Of a DNA stretch of 64,000 nt, positions 58,400 through 64,000 are shown piece by piece. The notes below the pieces were generated by a model. That model was given only the letters and a program-made list of their open reading frames with translations. It was not told the DNA's origin and did not search any database. The stretch is from a virus. The DNA is taken from positions 1 to 64,000 of IMG/VR virus record IMGVR_UViG_3300024339_000012; one strand, 5' to 3'. Position 1 is the first letter of the stretch. Each line of letters begins with the position of its first letter. The position numbers and the translations under genes were made by a program.

Positions 58400-58441
58400 A
58401 CAGTCCGTTGGTTGTCATGATTGATCAACGGGCTGTTTTTT
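58400..58441 (+). terminator. Intrinsic terminator
   Basis: acagtccgttg...caacgggctgt followed by a T-tract. Confidence 0.6.
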
Positions 58442-58454
58442 AAACCTGATAAGA

Positions 58455-58835
58455 ATGTTAAGTAAAGTAAAACAAATTGCGATACAACCGATAGTTGAAT
58501 ATCTGAAAGAAAATGCTGTTGGAAAAGAAAATGAAGTTAAGAATATAGAACTTAAATGCTACATATCCGACTGGTATAATATTTCTCTTGAAGATACTGA
58601 TGTAAGAAGAATAATTAATTTGATCAGATTGAATAGATTAATTAAAGGATTACTTGCGGGAAAGAAAGGTTATTACATTTCTACCAAGGTTGAAGAGGTT
58701 GACGCTTATGTAACCTCACTTAAGAAAAGAATAATGAAGCTACAGCAACTGGCAGGCTCATTTGAGAAAGGATATGACGAGATACTGAATCCAAAACAAA
58801 TATCAGAAAATAAGGATGTCGATGCTGACTTCTAA
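58455..58835 (+). CDS. wHTH-like hypothetical protein
   Basis: DVRRIINLIR..LAGKKGYYI pattern. Confidence 0.55.
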   Translation: MLSKVKQIAIQPIVEYLKENAVGKENEVKNIELKCYISDWYNISLEDTDVRRIINLIRLNRLIKGLLAGKKGYYISTKVEEVDAYVTSLKKRIMKLQQLAGSFEKGYDEILNPKQISENKDVDADF

Positions 58836-58914
58836 GATAATTACTTTATATTTGTAGCCAATAAGTGAAACGATGTGATTATTTTTATTTTTAACCAAAC
58901 AATAGTAATAGTGT

Positions 58915-59205
58915 ATGAATAGAATGTTTAGTGTCGATGAAATAATCGATCAGAATGCATTTCGAGTATCAATCCAAAAATACGCTACCGAGTTTACCCC
59001 GCGCTCAATTGAGAAATTTGAGAATCAGGCAATGTCATGTAGTAGCATTGGCCCTGTTATATGGTGGTGTGAAATCGGAAGAGTATTCTCCGGAACAATA
59101 TATATTTTCGAAAGTGTAGAGGACTATAACAAGTTCACAAAATTAAACCAGGATCTTAAATTTAAAATAAACTTTATACCATGGGCAAAAAAATTAGAAT
59201 CGTAA
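58915..59205 (+). CDS. Hypothetical protein
   Basis: 96 aa after a promoter and leader. Confidence 0.5.
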   Translation: MNRMFSVDEIIDQNAFRVSIQKYATEFTPRSIEKFENQAMSCSSIGPVIWWCEIGRVFSGTIYIFESVEDYNKFTKLNQDLKFKINFIPWAKKLES

Positions 59206-59951
59206 GTATTAAACTTCTCAACGATGGAATGAGAGGCGTTGAATATGTGGCTGACAGCCCAGTATTCAAACAGAACGTTGAGATTAAAACCTCGGCAAAA
59301 GTAACATATCCATTACCGGTACCAGACGAGATCAAGAATTTGATCCAACGCATGAAACGCTACATGCTGCATCTATCAGGACATTGGATTAAGGAATACG
59401 ATAAGTTCCTTAGCAAAGGTGAAATAGTTGATACAGGTGATAATGATGAAAATTATTACAAACTTGTATCACTGATGCAGAAAACTAAAGTTGAAACAAT
59501 AGCTCGCGTCAATAACAAGTTTGATATAAAAGGCATCTTCATTAATGAATGGCATCTTGTAGTTAAAATCGAAGTTAAGGGAATTACAATAAATACAGGA
59601 TACAGTGATTATACCAAAGTTAATAAAGGTATGAATCATATATTCGACCTTACAACAGCTTGGATTTTTGAGGATAATATCCGTAAGATGAATTCTACAC
59701 AGTACATGCTGAAACTATGGGAGGGCAAAGAGGAATTGCTTGAACGCCTTAATGATCTTGATGAAGGTCAGATTGACGAGTTAATGATTAAACACCTTGA
59801 GGAAAAAGGCCATCTTGTATTGCAGGAAGATCTCGAACATAAGACTGACGAGAAAGTTCAGGATACCGGTACTACAGAAAAAACAGATGACAGTGTTGCT
59901 CCTGAACCTGAAGAAAAGGATTTAGAAAGCGACAAAAAGGTTGAGCTGTAA
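59181..59951 (+). CDS. Hypothetical protein with acidic C-terminus
   Basis: 256-aa ORF coupled to the exonuclease gene. Confidence 0.6.
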   Translation: MGKKIRIVSIKLLNDGMRGVEYVADSPVFKQNVEIKTSAKVTYPLPVPDEIKNLIQRMKRYMLHLSGHWIKEYDKFLSKGEIVDTGDNDENYYKLVSLMQKTKVETIARVNNKFDIKGIFINEWHLVVKIEVKGITINTGYSDYTKVNKGMNHIFDLTTAWIFEDNIRKMNSTQYMLKLWEGKEELLERLNDLDEGQIDELMIKHLEEKGHLVLQEDLEHKTDEKVQDTGTTEKTDDSVAPEPEEKDLESDKKVEL

Positions 59952-60841
59952 TGATAGCCAGAACTAAAGATATTGTTTTTGAACCAATAAAGCATACTTA
60001 CACCCATGTAGAAACTGGTCTCCTATTGAGATCGGTTTCTCGTGTATATAGAGAGTTCATTGAACCCTTTGATGCAGAAAAGATAAGTTGGTTTGTTGCT
60101 CAAAAAGAATTACGACTTGAGATAAGTCCTACATGGCAGAAAGGTGATCCACAACCCAGTGATCAAGCAATCTTGGAAAGACAGAAGATTGTAAAAGCTC
60201 AATGGGAAAAGAAGCGTGACGATGCTGGTGGATACGGAACTACTATTCATGACATCTGTGAAAAGATAATGCTTGGTCAGGAAGTTGATCCTGTCTATGG
60301 CAAATTAGTAGTTGCTCTTAATGGCTTATTCGGTCACTACCACAAAACATTTCCTGAGTTCATTGCATACTCTATGAAATGGGGAGTGGCTGGAACACCC
60401 GACTTGCCACTTGTAAGGCAACGCTCAGATAAATCTATTATTGATATTGATGACTTTAAGACCAATGTTGAAAAAGGAATTGTCTTTGACTCTACGAGCC
60501 TTGATAAAAAATCAGGCAAACTAAAACATTACAACCGATTCATGTTAGATCCTGTATCTCACCTTGAAGATTGTAATTATAATAACTATGCTCTTGCCGA
60601 GAGTATTTACGGTGTACTATTGGAAGATATGTTTCCAACTCATAAGATTGGGCGAATCAGTTTAACATTTGTCGAAGAGCATATATTGCCTGGTCTAAAC
60701 GACTACACTATTACTACTATACCCATGCCGTACTTGAAACTTGAAGCGATCGCTATACTAAATGCGTTTAATAAAAAGTATCCATTCAAGAGTGAAAAGA
60801 AGATAAAAGTTGTCGAAACGTCGGGAACTGAAGATTTTTAG
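59951..60841 (+). CDS. PD-(D/E)XK (Cas4/RecB-like) exonuclease
   Basis: HTY..SVS..GTTIH..E..VAGTPDL..IDDFKTN..Y..Y motifs. Confidence 0.8.
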   Translation: MIARTKDIVFEPIKHTYTHVETGLLLRSVSRVYREFIEPFDAEKISWFVAQKELRLEISPTWQKGDPQPSDQAILERQKIVKAQWEKKRDDAGGYGTTIHDICEKIMLGQEVDPVYGKLVVALNGLFGHYHKTFPEFIAYSMKWGVAGTPDLPLVRQRSDKSIIDIDDFKTNVEKGIVFDSTSLDKKSGKLKHYNRFMLDPVSHLEDCNYNNYALAESIYGVLLEDMFPTHKIGRISLTFVEEHILPGLNDYTITTIPMPYLKLEAIAILNAFNKKYPFKSEKKIKVVETSGTEDF

Positions 60842-60896
60842 TACTTTTGCAATGTTTCACACACTAAACAGCATTTGGTTAAATGTTAAACATCGG

Positions 60897-60927
60897 AACC
60901 TCTACCACTCGGTAGGGGTTTTTTTTT
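60897..60927 (+). terminator. Intrinsic terminator
   Basis: aacctctacc-actc-ggtagggg followed by a long T-tract. Confidence 0.7.
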
Positions 60928-60975
60928 GACACAAGAATTGGTTTATGCTTTCTTTGTTGAAAATCTCTCTCTATT

Positions 60976-61533
60976 ATGCCCGGTATATTTACAGTCAACA
61001 ATAGCCATACGGTTATTCTTTCCTCAGAAGCAGTTAAACTCTGCACAGAACTTTCCAAACTTACAGAAGAACAGGTGCTCTATATAATCTTAGCTTATGA
61101 TTATTTAGATAGTCCATGGCGTAGATATCCACTTGAGGATCGGAAACGACTTTCTAAAAGAAAAATTTGGGGTGATCAGGAATTTGTCCCGGAAGAATTT
61201 GCCAACATGCAATTGGCGATCGACGAATACAAAGGATTGATTTACGATATAGATTATGAGATGCGTGATGCATTGCTCAGTAAATTAAAAACCTTAGATC
61301 ATAATCTGATTATCGAAACAGATACAAGTAAGATTAATTTGATATTACGTTCTCAGGATATTTTAAAAGCCAGGCTCGATGAACTTGATATAAAAATTGA
61401 TATAAAGCAGGAAGCTATAAAACTTAAATCCAGTAAGAAGCTCAGTTATATTGAAATGTTCATGCGTAATCGCGAACAGTACAATATAAAAATGGCTGAA
61501 GTAATGAGATTAAAGGAAGAAGCTGATGCTTAA
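60976..61533 (+). CDS. Putative terminase small subunit / conserved TerL-upstream protein
   Basis: Helical 185-aa protein overlapping the TerL start; assignment is positional. Confidence 0.4.
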   Translation: MPGIFTVNNSHTVILSSEAVKLCTELSKLTEEQVLYIILAYDYLDSPWRRYPLEDRKRLSKRKIWGDQEFVPEEFANMQLAIDEYKGLIYDIDYEMRDALLSKLKTLDHNLIIETDTSKINLILRSQDILKARLDELDIKIDIKQEAIKLKSSKKLSYIEMFMRNREQYNIKMAEVMRLKEEADA

Positions 61534-63553
61534 TCTTGACAGGACAGAGTATATCTATACTCCCATAATTAAACAGGGTGGGTTTAATCCCTCTCCTGTA
61601 GCTGGCAGAATTCCTTACTGGGCGGATTCTATATCGAATCCAAAATGTGCAGGAACTAAAGCATGGGAAGATTTCTGGCTTGAGCAAATATATTATTGTT
61701 TCAATGGATACGATACTGGTGGCATACATATACCCGGGCCATATTATCACTACCTGAATTTCAATTCGATTAAAGGATTACATGGAACGATATACCCTCA
61801 CTTTCTTGACGTTCACCAATCCTTATTTACCATTCGTGAAGAGATTAAAGCAGATGACACTCTTGTAGGAGCGATCATACCAAAGGCCCGTAGAAAGGGT
61901 CTTTCTTTATTTGGTAATGCACTGGCCGCTTATGGCATGCGCTTTATTGAGGATTACCGAATGGCTGTAGCTGGTGGTCTTGAACGCTATGTAAATGGTT
62001 TCCGTGCCAAGTTATATATGTCGTACAATAACGTTCCTCCGGAACTTGCCTTGAATCACATTCGCAGAAATAGCGAAGAGATAGTTGTGGGTTATGAGGA
62101 AATGATCAACAATCAATATGAAGATGTAATTAATGCAATTGGTCTTTTCAAAACTTTACAGGACAAAGCATCAAAACTTGAAGGTGAGTTTTTCCATGAT
62201 TGTATTTTTGAAGAGATGGGCGAATTTGAGAACTCAAGACCGGCATATGAGTCTATACGTCCAGCGCTTGAAATTGGTGAACAAACAAAGGGTACGTTCT
62301 GGTTCTACGGCACAGGTGGTAACATGCTTAAAGGATCAGGTCCGTTCAAACAATTCTGGCATGAGGCTGAATCATACGGATTAGTAAAATTCTTTATCAG
62401 TGGTGCTCGTTACTATTTTCCATATTATCGTGGAGCTGTAAACCAAGATGGAATAAGCGAAGCCAAGACTCCAATACTCGACGCACAATATCCAGATCTA
62501 AAACCTGAACAGCTATTAGGTTGTGAAGATGTTAAAGCTGCTACTGATTCAATCAAGACTGAACGTTTAAAGAGAGCTAAGAATCCAAACAAAAAAGCAT
62601 TAGCCGAATGGAACCAAAAATATCCACTAACAGTTGAGGAAGTATTTACATCTTCAGGATTTAATAATTTCAACAGCGATCTTCTTTATAATCAGCAATA
62701 CCAAAATGATTCTAAGGAACGCAGATGGACTGAGCATGTACTTGACTTTGTAAAAGATGACAAAGGAAATATTCAGTTACCACTTGAAGTAACAGCAAGA
62801 CCGGCAAAGAAAACTGATAAGGAATGGGAGATTGTAGATATATACCTGCATCCTAAAAAGAATTATAAAAATCTTGACATTGGTGGTTTCGATGGTTATA
62901 ACGAAGATCTAACTTTAACAAGTAAATCCCTGGGGGGAATTGTTGTTGTCAGAAGATTCGACGAATTTGAATATGCCGAAAAGGAACATAATGAAAAAAC
63001 GGTTATCTGCCATTACATGAAGCGACCACCGAGAAAAGAACTTCATTGGGATATTGGATTAAAGGTTGCTGTTTATTATGGCCTGCTAAAAAATATGATG
63101 ATATCTGCAGAGAGTGATCTTGTCATTGGATACTTCAAAGCAAACAACGGCAGAAAGTTTTTATCACCACGTCCTAAGTCATTCGAATCACAAGATTCAA
63201 AATTAGTTCATGACTATGGTGCAAAAATGACGACATATTCTAAGCCAAGGATGTTAGGTTTACTACAAAGTTTTGTAGAAGATTCTATAATGACATGTTT
63301 CTTTAATGTGCTTATACAAAACTTCCTTGCTTATGACTATGAGAACATCGGAACTGACTGGGATGATGTTGATGCACTCGGGCTGGCACTCATGAGAATC
63401 AGCGACATGAAACAAAAACCTGAGAAGACTGGAGATGCAGAATCATATGAAATTGAGATGGGCTTAGGTGATTTTAAACTGGTAAATGGTGAGATCGTAA
63501 TGGAGGGAGAATATGATGATTCTCTTGATCAGGATTTCAGTTCTATGTTTTAA
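61526..63553 (+). CDS. terL: Terminase large subunit (crAss-like)
   Basis: PGPYYHYLNF, Walker A-like KARRKGLS, Walker B FEEMG, GTGG, YPLTVEEVF, nuclease GGFDGY and DDVDA. Confidence 0.88.
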   Translation: MLNLDRTEYIYTPIIKQGGFNPSPVAGRIPYWADSISNPKCAGTKAWEDFWLEQIYYCFNGYDTGGIHIPGPYYHYLNFNSIKGLHGTIYPHFLDVHQSLFTIREEIKADDTLVGAIIPKARRKGLSLFGNALAAYGMRFIEDYRMAVAGGLERYVNGFRAKLYMSYNNVPPELALNHIRRNSEEIVVGYEEMINNQYEDVINAIGLFKTLQDKASKLEGEFFHDCIFEEMGEFENSRPAYESIRPALEIGEQTKGTFWFYGTGGNMLKGSGPFKQFWHEAESYGLVKFFISGARYYFPYYRGAVNQDGISEAKTPILDAQYPDLKPEQLLGCEDVKAATDSIKTERLKRAKNPNKKALAEWNQKYPLTVEEVFTSSGFNNFNSDLLYNQQYQNDSKERRWTEHVLDFVKDDKGNIQLPLEVTARPAKKTDKEWEIVDIYLHPKKNYKNLDIGGFDGYNEDLTLTSKSLGGIVVVRRFDEFEYAEKEHNEKTVICHYMKRPPRKELHWDIGLKVAVYYGLLKNMMISAESDLVIGYFKANNGRKFLSPRPKSFESQDSKLVHDYGAKMTTYSKPRMLGLLQSFVEDSIMTCFFNVLIQNFLAYDYENIGTDWDDVDALGLALMRISDMKQKPEKTGDAESYEIEMGLGDFKLVNGEIVMEGEYDDSLDQDFSSMF

Positions 63554-63607
63554 CAGTTGACATATTTCTCATAATTTGTTTTTTTTGTATTAAATAAGAA
63601 CAAAATA

Positions 63608-64000
63608 ATGTCATTACCTATAGCGACAGTTGAATCTGAAAAGACCAAGGATAAGAATATGGAATACATTGATTCCATAATTCAATTCCATAAAAACAAT
63701 GCAGGTGTTAGGGAAACAGTCATAAACGACCTATATGATTCCTATAATGGCATTGTTAAAAAGAAAACTAAAGTTCTACTTGAGAAGAAATTCGGAAAAC
63801 AGATATCAACCCAATTCCTCGACTACAAGTTGGGGCATGCTAAAATAAAGCTCTTAAAGGGCGAGTACTTAGGTATTGAATTCTCTCCAACCGTAACATC
63901 AATAAACCCAGACATACTTGACAAAAGGATAAAGTTCGCCAACAAATTACGTGGCGCAGCTAAAATGAAAAAATTCCTCACTGCATTAAAGAAGCAACAT
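63608..64000 (+). CDS. Portal protein (crAss-like), 3'-truncated
   Basis: Open frame from ATG 63608 to the window end; YDSYNG..KIKLLKGE..PTVTSINPD; follows TerL. Confidence 0.65.
   Translation, partial: MSLPIATVESEKTKDKNMEYIDSIIQFHKNNAGVRETVINDLYDSYNGIVKKKTKVLLEKKFGKQISTQFLDYKLGHAKIKLLKGEYLGIEFSPTVTSINPDILDKRIKFANKLRGAAKMKKFLTALKKQH

Noticed and set aside
59951-60841. Cas4 as part of a CRISPR-Cas system
   Set aside because: No other cas genes or array; stand-alone PD-(D/E)XK exonucleases are common in phages.

Overview
This window is a ~64 kb slice of an AT-rich, crAss-like (Crassvirales-related) phage genome, most likely infecting a Bacteroidota host (repeated TAnnTTTG -7 promoter elements). 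It uses the standard genetic code. Layout: (1) 1-33 kb, + strand: a 5'-truncated giant virion RNA-polymerase polyprotein (DFDGD motif plus SLOG-like, zincin and PD-(D/E)XK domains), a collagen-like fibre, tail fibres including a 4144-aa modular one, a lysis cassette and a glycosyltransferase/methyltransferase cluster. (2) 33-56.7 kb, mostly - strand: replication and early genes (GroES, UNG, SSB-like, Sak4-like ATPase, T7-type primase-helicase, SF2 helicase, RadC/JAB and many small ORFs), with no recognisable DNA polymerase. (3) 56.9-64 kb, + strand: small ORFs, an exonuclease, the terminase large subunit and the start of the portal. Two things stand out. First, a PRTRC-type ubiquitin-like conjugation operon (protein E, Ub-like C, F-position gene, E2-like B, ThiF/E1) sits in the phage early/replication arm. 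Second, at 57.17-57.92 kb three TAAC...GTTA hairpins separate small genes, and two of these genes have start and end sequences that are reverse complements of each other. That is an integron-like cassette array with no integrase in view, where the hairpin loop supplies the start codon. All family assignments come from motif recognition by eye, not from database searches.
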